Shown piece after piece: positions 26,131-38,461 of a DNA stretch of 64,000 nucleotides (the first letter of the stretch is position 1; each line of letters opens with the position of its first letter). Source of the DNA: Iphione sp. A-MEVVRFRX5 (taxonomy: Eukaryota); NCBI GenBank assembly GCA_976226885.1, contig OZ320323.1, positions 19,282,001-19,346,000 on the forward strand, read 5' to 3'. A model generated the notes under the pieces. That model was not told where the DNA came from, did not search any database, and saw nothing but the letters and a program-made list of their open reading frames with translations. The translations under genes were made by a program, and so were the position numbers.

Positions 26131-29100
26131 CGTAGGCACGATGAAATCAAATCAAAATCTTAGCAGCTTTTCCATAAATGTATGCACACACAAAAAAATC
26201 ACGTCGTATTAAGTCATACCTGATTTAGGATCACTATCCACAAGGTATTATCAAAAATAAGCCTTACTTCAAAAAAATAATTTTCTGTATGATGACAGGA
26301 ATATGTGAAGAAACACAAACACTGAATGGTGAAAAGCACTCCTCGGTGTAAATCGAATCTGAAAACGCTGACTCCGCGCCTCTTCAGGGAAGAACGGCCG
26401 TGAATCAATGGTAGAGGGCCGATAAGTGGGACCCGGGTCACACCGCAAGGAGTTATCAAGAAACCCAAGACCCACGCTTTCGGCGCAGTGGCCGCGGCAC
26501 CCAGAACCTCTCAGGGTGGATGACTCGCTCCGTCAGCTGACAATTTTCTTGATGGCAGGAGGAGTACTAATGGCTCCCGAGCGGGAGGTCAATGTCAGAA
26601 CGATGAAGGTCAGTATATGATCGGGCCAATGGTTTTACCATGCCGGTTACGTTCACAGACCCACAAAAAATAGTGACACTCTGAGATCTATAGACCGATC
26701 GATGACTTACATAATGGTGCGTTGTAAATTGAAAAATATTTATTGAGGAGGTAATCAATCTATCCAGATCGTTTTTCATAAGTAACTCATCGCAGCTGGA
26801 ACGACAACCACGGACCACATTAACCGCCACATGGCTGTTACCAGCCCTGTCCTTATAATGTTGTTACCGATAATACAAACGGCATTTCTGGCTCACGGGG
26901 GTCATCATCGGTCTCTGGGCGACGTCAAGTACGTCTATGTGTAGACATTATATGATACATGTTTTATTCATTCAAATACCTTCTTGGCAAACCTTGGCGA
27001 TGGATTTTTTTTCAAACAGGGTTCAAGAGAACACACATAGAGGTAAATACTAAAAGAAGAAATTATGCCATTTTTAGGCTCTACGCCATAATTATCATGG
27101 TTCATGCAGTAATGTGACCGCACAAAATAACAAGCGACTCAGAAATATCCTCTTCGTATTTATACATTCCTTCAGCCGTTCCCTTTATAAATAACTTCGG
27201 ATAACCGATTTAGTTCGTTGGACAGCCTCTGACTTTTGCAAGGCCAGACGTTGTCATATACAGTATACGTAAAGTCAACATATTGAAATAACCGTTCTAA
27301 GGATAAAGATATAGCGTAACACAGAAATACGGAAGCTTTAGGTGAAGTAAACCATTATGCTTCTGCTAATGAATTGCTGTTTACACAAATATCTACCAAG
27401 CACATAGTTAGATTCTACATTATAGTTTCTATAGATTGTATATTAACTGTGTTGTCATTGATTGGAAAAGGCAACTTTCCAATAAATCTAAGCTAGATGT
27501 GATATATTGTAAACGCTGTCTCCATATGTTGCATTCATAGCAAAATGGATGTGTATACATGTATTTAATCAACTATGACCAGCTAACACATAATGTTAAA
27601 TACGTTTTATTTTTTCATAGAACTTTTCCGGATACTAGTATACAATAATGTACGCTTTCTCAGGTACAGGCATCTGATAAGGTCATATATGGTGAAGGTT
27701 ATGTACAGGAATGAGCTGACGGAGCAATTTACAGATGTATATTGCTGCAAAACTACCTGGTGTGATATTACTGAAAAATAATAGCACATACAGTCACATT
27801 ACATGCACGTTTTCCTAACACATGACCAAAAATCTGATTCAATATCCGTATACATTGGGTATATGTTTCTCTCAATTAACTAGTGGTTCTTAAATGAGGA
27901 GATTCTTCATATAGCACCCAGGAGAGTGCATACTTCAGTTGGCTTGTTCGTCCCCAGACGACGCCTAGACATGATTTCAGGCTAGTTAATTAAGATAGTA
28001 GCAGAGCTACAGTGGTTTGACATATATGGATGTATATTGATTAATTCATTATTCGAGTTGACATGATACGTATAATTATATGAAAGTTGCTCAGACAACG
28101 CTCAGAAGAATGACTTTAGATTTCAGCAACTACATGACAGACTGTCCTGCAAAAGGAGAAGCTACTATCTTTTTGGCTTACACAGAGCATCCAAAGAGTT
28201 GAGAGTTGTCTCACAGTTTACTTAACCAGTCCCCTTTAGATTTTATCTGCATTCAGTGGTAAACCGTTATTTACTTTTCATCATTACTTCTTTATGCAAG
28301 GCATTCTATAATATCTTTCCTGTGTACAAAATGCTCGTCTTATAGCTTCCAAACATCAGCCCAGCTAGTACGTTAGAGCAGAGTGTATGATATCCGTTAA
28401 ATTGCTTATTGCACTTTCGATTAAGAGACCCTTTCAAAAACTATTCTGTGAAGAGCTTAGCATTCTTTTATTTTCAAGATGTGACCTGTACAGGGCACGT
28501 AAGCTGCACTTTATATTGCAAGGAAAGGAGATGAGGGAGGTGGTTACGATAAGTCACAAAGATAAGATTTTGATCAAGATACGTTATATCATGTAAAAAT
28601 TTACGAAATTGGCAAATAAGATTCACCATTAGTCCCCTAATTTACATATTACCTTATTTGTCTAATAATATTGTGTGATTTGCCGCCAGTTAGATAGTCT
28701 AATCAAATTCACTGCTAATCAGCTATTTACATTTACTTGTAAAACTAGGATGTTTTATCATCAAATCTTGTATTTACTCATCAAACTGCCACACTCAGGC
28801 ATTTTATCATTAACTTTGCCACAAATCAGGTATTTACACAGCAGACTTGCTTCCAGTCATATGTTATCTTATGCTACAAGAGGAAGTGGAGATGGAAAAC
28901 ATACCGGCAAAAGAGATTGTGGATTGGGAAATGGGGGGGAGTCTTCCTTAAGGAGGTCTTTTCAAGTTGAAAAGTACAAGAAAGCTGTATGCATTTCATT
29001 GGGTGTGATGCTCCCCCCGGGATTATTTATTGATAGATAAGAAAAAGTGCGATAACGCAGGACCGCTTTGGCCAGATTGAAAGGCTTTTCTGTAACCATG

Positions 29101-32100
29101 AAGTACAGCAGAGAAAGAAATTCGCCTCAGAAAAAGACGACCCCAGCTGTGCGGAAATCCGTTTTGCAGTTGAGTGTGAATGGATGAAAAAAAAACTTTA
29201 GGCAGATGCTAAAGCTCTATTGATCATTTACAATGTTGCAGCACAAACGAAATGGCAGTGAGGCATGATTCGACGAAAGATGGACGGGGGAAGCAAGGAA
29301 CACGTATATAGCTGCAAGAAAAATGGGATTATTACTTACCATGCAGGTGTTGAAAGACCAGACTTTGTGGATGCGTTAATATTATCGCAGAAGGACACAC
29401 AGCTCCCTGGCATATCGTATAAGGTCACAAAGATGTCTGTGTAAATAGCTCCATTCGCTCGTCTTGTATTTCTGGAAGTTGAACGATGTGCCCTATATTA
29501 TTGAACATGGACAGGTAGATCGGAAATTAACAAGGAGTTAGCAGCATCTATTAGCGACGTTCATCACAAGTAAAACACACATGTCGACCATTTAACAAGG
29601 AACTGACAGGTACGTGTGACTTTTATCAGATGCGAAGGTGATATCGACGTCTTGCACATAACCGGCGTTTCTATTTAGCACAGACGTATCCCAAACGTGT
29701 ACGTTTGAAAAAATACCTGAAGGAATTTTTTTTCTTGAAAGGCTCACAGAATGGACTTTTGATAAATGTCATGGTTTGAAATTTCATATTTGAAAGGAGA
29801 AATCAGTTAAATGCTGTTTGTCTGCAGGAAAGATATTCATCATAAGAATGCAAATGACGGAATTGAATCACATTAAGGGCCAGGTGTGCTTTATAATGAA
29901 AATATTGCATTTGGTATCAGTTCCAGAAGGCCAGGGAATGTTATATTAATGCATCACACATTCGGTCAAGACACGTTCACAACCAATATGGTAGAAACTT
30001 AGTTGTGTAGCATACTCTAGAACAGGTTTTTAGATTTCACACATTTTGTCTAACATGTTGTGTGTAAGTCAATTTACTGATGAAAATTAATGCCTGTACA
30101 TATTGATAGATATAGATGTATTAACATATTTACATGTTCATCATTTGGAGGGGGTTGGCACCAGAACAACTTTAATTTATGTCCGTAATGTGGCCTGTCT
30201 TGAATGTCAACCATGGAAATCCCTTTGATTCAGCAGGGGTTAGGGAGGGGGTCATATACGTGCAAAATGCTGAAAACAACATTATTTCTATTATTAATTA
30301 CATTTACTTTACTATTATGCAAGTTTTCCCCATCAGGACATCCATGTCTGCTGGTTACAACAACCGGATTATCTGATATACAGACTAATTTCGTGGGAAC
30401 CAAGATCATCTGGTTAACGGGTCATGACTATACGCTAAAACGCTATTCAAATGTCTCACTATGCGAGTCAGCTCACCATTCCATTCAAAGTGCCCGAGAT
30501 TATGATGATTTTCAACGTAAATCCTTTTTCTTTTGCAATAAATAACCATTTCAAATGCACATATTCATATGTTGTCAAGTTGATTCATCGCAGTCGTAAA
30601 TTTAACGTTTCAACGGTTTGCTACCAAAGGTTCTGTGCTTTTCTCTAGAAAAGGATCCTAATGTTATACGAATACACGTATATGATTCTGGCTCCTCTCA
30701 CGATCTTCCAAGCAAACTTGGGTGTTTTTTGAATAACCACACTCATACATATACATCTAAATATTGAAAATTGTACTCAACCTGTATCTTAAATTTTGAG
30801 AATGTCTGTCCGTATAAAATGTCCTTTGCGTCCCGACACCAGAGTTGCGATTTAATTCAGAAAAAAATCGTTGACTTGACTGGTTGCTAATCAAACTTGA
30901 TACTCCTCGATTGCACATTTTGATGGCGTCAATGTACGCTGGTTTCAGCAATGTAAGGTTCATGTCATCTGCATCTGTCTATTTGCCGATTTTAATGAAG
31001 ACTACGAGGTTGCATTAAAAGTTCCCATTAAGGACGAATTGTAGAAGCATGTAGAGGAAATTCATTAAGAGTACGTCGGTGTTCGACTAGGGATTTCTCT
31101 CTTTCAGATCTCAGTGTTTTGTGGAATGGTTTGAAGCTCCATTTGGCTCACCCATATGTGGGATCTTTGTTTTGTCAGTTCCTATTTGTGAAAGTTGAAA
31201 GATTAAGGAAAAAAGACCCGTAGAAATAGTGAGACTTCATCTGTTGACGTTGAAGATAGCGCATGCATTTGTCGCTTATCAGTCTCAACTGAAAAAGTAT
31301 ACTTTCATTTAAGTGACATACTTAGATAAAGTCATATGCTCTGTTAACCGAGACTTTTTTAAATGGGGTTTTCTCATTACAAAGAAGAATTTTGCAAGTA
31401 CCAAGTAGTGTCAGTCAGTAGTTTTGCTATGACTGTGTCACACGGATCCTTCATGATACAGACGAAAAAAACACTGGGAGTGGAAGTGACTTGTGTGGTA
31501 GAGCATGACTCGACTTCTGCAGGTTCAGGACGATGAGATCTCTGGCAAAACCAAAGTGATGGAAGTCGATACTGTTTGCCTTTAGAGTGGCTCTGTAGGA
31601 TAACGCTGCATGTGCCGGGTACGGGAAGGGTTCAGTAGATCCCCCCCCCCCGTCGAAGAGTATGCCTGGAAGTACTCTTCAAGCCTGCAGCAGAGAGTAA
31701 ATTAAAGTAAAGTGATATCCCTACCAAGCGACATCCCTACCAAGATCTCCCTCAAGTCACAACACCAATTTTAAACGCGGTGCCGATACGTTTCGTGCAC
31801 CCCTCCCCCCAATCATCTGATTGTATACCAAGCGCTAAATCTGAATCACATACTTCGTATTCCGAATACATATATATATATATTCAATCCTAGCTCCTGC
31901 TCTTGCCGTGGTCCATCTATGGAGAGTCAGGCCATCGCCCCACGTAACGTTTCACACGGAATTCAAGACGGCGAAAGTAACGATTCGAGGTCAATTAAGG
32001 TGGACAACGTTTCATGCACTATTCTGAGAGAAATCTACAACGATTTACCAGGAATTGGGTAGTTGAAATCACGATTGATACTGTATTGATGTTAATATTC

Positions 32101-33196
32101 GCGGTGTTCGCGCCCCTAAAGGTCTCGACGTTTATTTTTTATTCACAAAACTTATTTTAAAGGAAACCTTTAGAGGAGTAGGTATGATAGTGGGAGAATG
32201 AAACTTTCCTGACAGATTCATATGTACCTGACATCTTCATTTGTCATGTATCCTTTCTCAATACCTTTCTATACCAAAGATGGAGTGTACTCTTGAGGTG
32301 GGGAGGATTTTGGGGGGCCGTGGTATTAGCGGTGCTGTCCCGTCCTTCACTGGTCCCTATGGCAAATTCCCCGGGAGAGTCATCGCAGCTGATATTGCCC
32401 TGGCTGCCAGTCATCCAGCCTGTCTAGGTGACAAGGTGGTACTAGTAGACGGTGGAAGGGGCGCATTCCAAGACCCTTCAAGCCACTCTCCCTGCCTGCC
32501 TGGAGTACGTGCTAGCTGTGGCCCCCGGGGTGAAGACCGCGCGGCGCTTAATGCGTGCATTATGAAGGTATAGATATCATTCAATAGGAGCTTATAGAAA
32601 ACTACGAAACCTTCACGAAGACGGCCCGACCCAGTCTGATTAGGGTTTACAGTTCCTGCACCCTGGATTGTAGATGAGAGCATCCCGCATTTGCCGCGGG
32701 GAACTTACATTTCGTGGGTTTAGGGGAGGTCCCAGACTTCCGACAACGGAAGCCTGACCACATGTTCCTGCGGTCTAATATGCCAGCAGCGGATGGAGCC
32801 TGGCAGGACCAATGCCAAGCTGGACAGTCGCGATGGAATTGCTTAAGTGCTATCGCATACGGCTGACAAGCATTTAAGAGCCCCACAGGTTGTTCAAGCC
32901 TTTAGCCCTTCCCCTGACATCCAAGGCTATCAGCTCTGTTACCTTGACCACAATTTCGCTCTTCGACTTGAGTTTTCCCCCATCCCCCTCTCGTCTCGCA
33001 TCTGATTTGCAGGCTTAATATCAAGGTAGGGACATTTTTTCAATTGACCATTCACTGGACTTTTCAGCCACTCCACTACAAAGGCTTACGGTTTGCCTTT
33101 CGTGACATCAGAATAGACTCGCTGCTAATAGAGAAATCCACCATTTCGGCGACTTTTATGCAAATATCGGACTTCAATGGTCCCCCGCCAGCGATG

Positions 33197-33450
33197 NNNN
33201 NNNNNNNNNNNNNNNNNNNNNNNNNNNNNNNNNNNNNNNNNNNNNNNNNNNNNNNNNNNNNNNNNNNNNNNNNNNNNNNNNNNNNNNNNNNNNNNNNNNN
33301 NNNNNNNNNNNNNNNNNNNNNNNNNNNNNNNNNNNNNNNNNNNNNNNNNNNNNNNNNNNNNNNNNNNNNNNNNNNNNNNNNNNNNNNNNNNNNNNNNNNN
33401 NNNNNNNNNNNNNNNNNNNNNNNNNNNNNNNNNNNNNNNNNNNNNNNNNN
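33197..33450. other. Assembly gap (254 N)
   Basis: Run of N. Confidence 1.
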
Positions 33451-36400
33451 CAGTTAGTTTCCGCTCACACACCCAATGCGCCATAGAACCCGGACGTATC
33501 CGGCTGGCGATGGCTGTCCCTGGCTCTATACAGCGAAGCCAAGGATGGATGGATCTTGAACACGCCCATCTTGTTCACATCCTTTCAACGCATAATGCCG
33601 GTAACCAACGCATATGCAAACATGGCGGACCTATTTGTATGGAGATGGAGGACGAGCTGGACACCTCCATTTTCCCATTTGTGTCATTACTGCGGTCAGT
33701 GTTGACGCGTTTCAGTGCAAGAAAGCTCCCCGATAACTCCAGCCACTTACCCTTCATCTCCGCTACGTATTTCTATGTAGGGTCCCACACGCCCGTACCC
33801 ATCAACGTGAAACAGAACTCCCATGCCTGATGTTTATTTAATGGGTCTTCGGACAGGAATGCAGACATTTCTGTCCACACTCGAAGCAAATGTCTCTGTA
33901 GGCGAGTGGGTATGTCTTTCTCCTTTGCTTTCTGTACCCACCACCATTGTCCCTCCAAAATGCAGGCCGCCTGAGTGGTGGATAAGGTAACTAATGGTAG
34001 AGCAGACCTGCTGGTGGGCGATAACTGCTTTTCCAAGCAGTGAGAAGCAACAGAGCGTTTGTAGCAATGTCCTTCTTTTTTTTACCGCCAGGTTCTGCTT
34101 ACCGTTGGGCTCTCCATACTGGAGGCTCAGGTCCACCATCCTGACATCCGACATAATTCATACTGAATTGATACTGGGGAGCGGCCGACCCTCGCCGCGA
34201 CACGCCCGTCACGTCTCCTTCACGCTGCCGGAAGGGGAACTACGTCCAGGCCATTCGGGTCTCTCTGTCGACGTCGGTGCAGCGATATGGTAATATTTTT
34301 ATGCTCTGCGCTCCCCCGCCCCTCACGGTTATATTGTGTCTCCGGGAGTCTACTATTAAAAAGCACACACGCTTTCGTATTCTGTAAACCAGCCGGGGAA
34401 TTGTTCTGAACGTCCCTCCGCAAGAAAAAAAAAGAGAAGAGAAAAAAGAAGAGAAAAAAGAACAGTTTATCAGGCGATTTATTGTCGAGGGAACATTTAT
34501 ATTGAACAGTAGAAACGAAACCATTGAGAAATTGTGTTCGCGATCAACGTGGAAGGCGATAGGGAAAAAACATACCTTGTGCTCGCCGTGGAAGTTGGTA
34601 AAACAACTTTGGCAATGCCTTGTCCGGTGGTAAAATTCATCGTGACTAGATCTTACCGCTAAGACGAAGGCAGTGTCGGACCTGGATCGTGCTGAGCTGT
34701 CTGATAATTTAAAGTGAGACTAGGAACAGGAAAGGACTTGTTAAAAAAAATGGCAATAAAAAAGAGAGAGCGAGATTGTCGTCCAAAAGAGCATCATCCT
34801 CCGCATTCTCTATGGCAAGTACAGCCCAGCGGAGAATCCGAGGGAGTTGAATTAAAACTGAATATCCTTTCCGGGTAGATAAAGCTGAGCTGACATTAAT
34901 TTCATCGAAGTAATTAATGAAGGAGAGTGGCCAATCTCGTTTTAAACCCATGTTCTTACTCCGCATATAAATGTGATAGTGTTAGTATTATAAATGCATT
35001 TCAACGACCAAACGCTTTGGACAAATTATTGTTCGTACTACTACTAAGACGAGCTCAAGATGTGATTCGAGTGATGAAACGATTCAGCTCCACAGGTTTG
35101 TGAGAACACATTCTGTGAAAGTGCCGTCCAGCGCCTGCTTCTATAGACAGGCCACAAAGTAGACATAACAAGATAGTGGACAGAGGAAAGTTAGAGCCAG
35201 TTTTTTTTTTTATACTTAATGTCATCGTAGATAACAGTCGGGAAAGAGCCACCGATCGGTGGACAGTTTTAAACGAAGTCCTGAGGGTAATCTGAGATAA
35301 GGCATTGAGCTGCTGAAGGAGAACAAACTACTAGCTTCAATAGTGAAGGACTGGCAACAAGTTCTTTACAAATCTCTTAGACCTATCCAAGACGCAAACC
35401 ACGATTCAGCAAATGCGAAAGAATAAATGCAAATATTTCTGCGATAGACGGTTCAATAGAATGACCAGGTTCCGATAGCAGGATGGTCGTTTATTTCGAA
35501 AAAGGTCGGAGCCACTATTTCAACGCGGTAATAGCTTTATTGTAACGTTGTGGTCATTAATGGCTATCTTGTAAGTCTGGGAAGTGAGAAGCCTATGAAA
35601 CGTTTTACACGGTATGATGAAAAACACGTAGTGTCTGTGTGCGTGGAAATAATAACTTGTCGAGAAGATTATATCACCGGCCCAAATCCTGGTTATCAAA
35701 CACCGTTTACTTAATCATCGTTAAAGCTGTGAAAGGCCAACATCTGTCATTCCGCAAAAGAAGGACAGGTATCAAAATTCGAAAGCATCCCAAGACGCCT
35801 TGCGGGAGAAAAAAAGAGATGTTTTCCATGTGTGGTTTCCGGTCCGTTTCGGGTTTTTTATTGGTCGCCCATGAAAAGTCCACCAATGATCGCTTTCCAC
35901 ATGGCGTGTCGTGGTTTGAGTGAAAGATGACGAGATCAAATAATGAACAATGAAACTAATTAGGCCGTCAGGTCCGTTTAGGCTTCGCGACAAATAGTCA
36001 ATATTTTGAGGATTTCTATGGAAAACCGAATAACACTTCCGAAATGGCCACAGGCATTTGCGTTGGTTTTCTCCAAAATCTTGTCTCAAGTTAAAAACAG
36101 AAATCTTGATGCCGACCTAACTGTAATGATAAACATGTGTTGTGCATGAATACAGAAGTGATGCCTTCGGTTTCATTACCACCATGGTGCATCTTACCCA
36201 GGAAAATGTTAAAATGAGTGTTAAATGTGAGAAAACGTAGCATTGGACAATGGTACACTTGGTATCAGTAGTAGAACCTCAAGTGAAATTATTATTAGGC
36301 GTTTTGCTACCTCCCTTCCTCTACTAGATCTATGTCAAATTTTAGACACGATCCAGGGCACAATCTAGTCCAATCTGCATGAAGCCCTTGAACTCTTTCA

Positions 36401-38280
36401 TAAACACCTGAGTTAGGAATATATGATCCAGACCGATAGTATATGTAGGCTCCTAACAAATGGCTTCAACTGCCTGCCTGGGTACCGCGGGTAAATATCA
36501 TGTATTTTACAACTGAACCTACAACATTTTGTAAAAGGAGCTACATGTATATATGGTAGCGGAATTCAATAAAGGCTCAATAAGTCGGTGTTAACTGGAG
36601 CTGCTGTATGATTTAACTCGGGTGTCTGAATCGCATCGTATTAAAACATGTATAGATCGAGTGCATCTGTCTTACTGAAAATGTACACAGGTTCCCATAA
36701 TAATACCGCATTGGTGAAAGGTTCACAAAAACATAACGTGTACCTATCGAGAATGTAATGAAAAGTGAAATTGAAAAATTGAAGCCATGATGAAAGATGA
36801 ACAAAGGGGGTGCAATGAATGCCGTAGCATTAGCCAGTAAATTATGTTTTGTAGGATAAAGATCCTTCATCGGTTTTATTCAAGATTCGATTCCAACAAA
36901 TTGAACTTTTTTCCAAGATTACCTGCCATCTTATTATACTTGATCTCTAAAACAGTACTTTGGCAAACTCAGGCATCCGATAATTAAACAATGTATTTCT
37001 TAGTATTATACAGTTATTTGTTAGCCGTAACAGTAATGTGTTTCTGTTCTCGGTGAAACATGGAATAGCACACTAGTACCACTACAATCAAAGTAAGAGA
37101 AAGGTTAAATTATTTGCACCTATTTGGACTACGTCTAAATGGTACATCAGCTCTGATAAAATACCATCACAGTGAATACAAAAGGAATACCCCGTGCACA
37201 AGACATCAAAGGTACACATGTAAAGTCATACCATGATCAAAGATACACGCAGTCTCATAGAAAACATTGCTACACAGATTCGATGAATTTCAGTGTAGAA
37301 AACGATCAACTATTCCAACTATGGTAAATGCCAATATTTGTTATCGGAAGGTGAGAATATGAAGCACTGAGGAGATTTTAGGTTATATGACTGATCCCAG
37401 GTGATCAGTTAGAATTGATGGATTGCCCTCTTTTACACTACACATATAAAACTTTCGCAGAAAGTAGCACTGGCCATTGGGAGGAGGTCTCATGAGTATT
37501 AGACTTCTTCAAAAGCTAAATAATTGTCTTTTATCTGATTATTTTAATGCTTTCAAAATAATGTAGATTTGCATATGATTTGTAACATAACAGACAGTAT
37601 GAAAGAGAAAGAACAACGATTGTGAGATTACTTCTTCAGCTTGATGTAGTCCACTTTGTATCATTGAGACTGTGGTCAGTCATGCAGAACCAAGGGTTGT
37701 AAAATGCTGTCACTCCTTCCAGGTGCCTCTCTGGGGGTTGGGTGGTGTTGGTGTTGGTGGACTGTATACAATCAAGGCTAGCAATAAAGGTGCTTTTACG
37801 TCATAATGATGCTGTTGTAGTGCATCTCCCACACAAACCCGCAGGATGTAAAAACTGTCGAATGCTGACCTCTGTCATTTACACATAATTTAAAGATTTC
37901 AATCTTTATTCAACTTCTCCTTAGCTAGGTTTATGGAGGTTATCAAGCTGATCAGTAGAACATAAGGGTAATTGGTCAGTTGGGAAGAACACGTAGTACA
38001 ACATAGTACAACAGTGAGTAAACATGCAATCAAAAGCAAAGCAACATGGCATGAATAACAATAGCATGAATTTATAGTGACAGTAGCAATAAAAATCCAA
38101 TTTCATGGTCGACTTGGGAAGGAGCCCTGCAATACACACATAGATGTATGTATACACATTATAAAGCACAAAATATAATGGCGAGCAAGCAATCAATCAG
38201 TAGTGAAGAAGTCTGAGAAATTGATAGCAGTCTGACAAATTGACAAAATTCCATGATGGCTACTCCACTATATGCATGCA

Positions 38281-38461
38281 CAGTGGGGTCTCTATTTATG
38301 ACCATATCATTTTGAGACCATTCTCTATTTAAGACCACTTTAGCTGGGAACAAAAATCTTAATTTCTATACGTTTGATACTCTATTTATGACCAAATTTG
38401 CCATTAAGACAATTTGAGCTTGGTCCTAAGTGGTGGTTGTAAAATAATAGAGACTCCACTG
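38281..38461. mobile_element. Tc1/mariner-type MITE (family A, copy 2)
   Basis: CAGTGGGGTCTCTATT ... AATAGAGACTCCACTG|ta. Internally alignable with 4527-4703. Confidence 0.88.

Noticed and set aside
26214-26640. Selenoprotein or neuropeptide precursor (single TGA in a long minus frame)
   Set aside because: No start codon for the hydrophobic segment, no SECIS recognised; GC-richness explains the few stops.
33044-33830. Long ORFs spanning 33044-33830
   Set aside because: Their length comes from translating the N gap.
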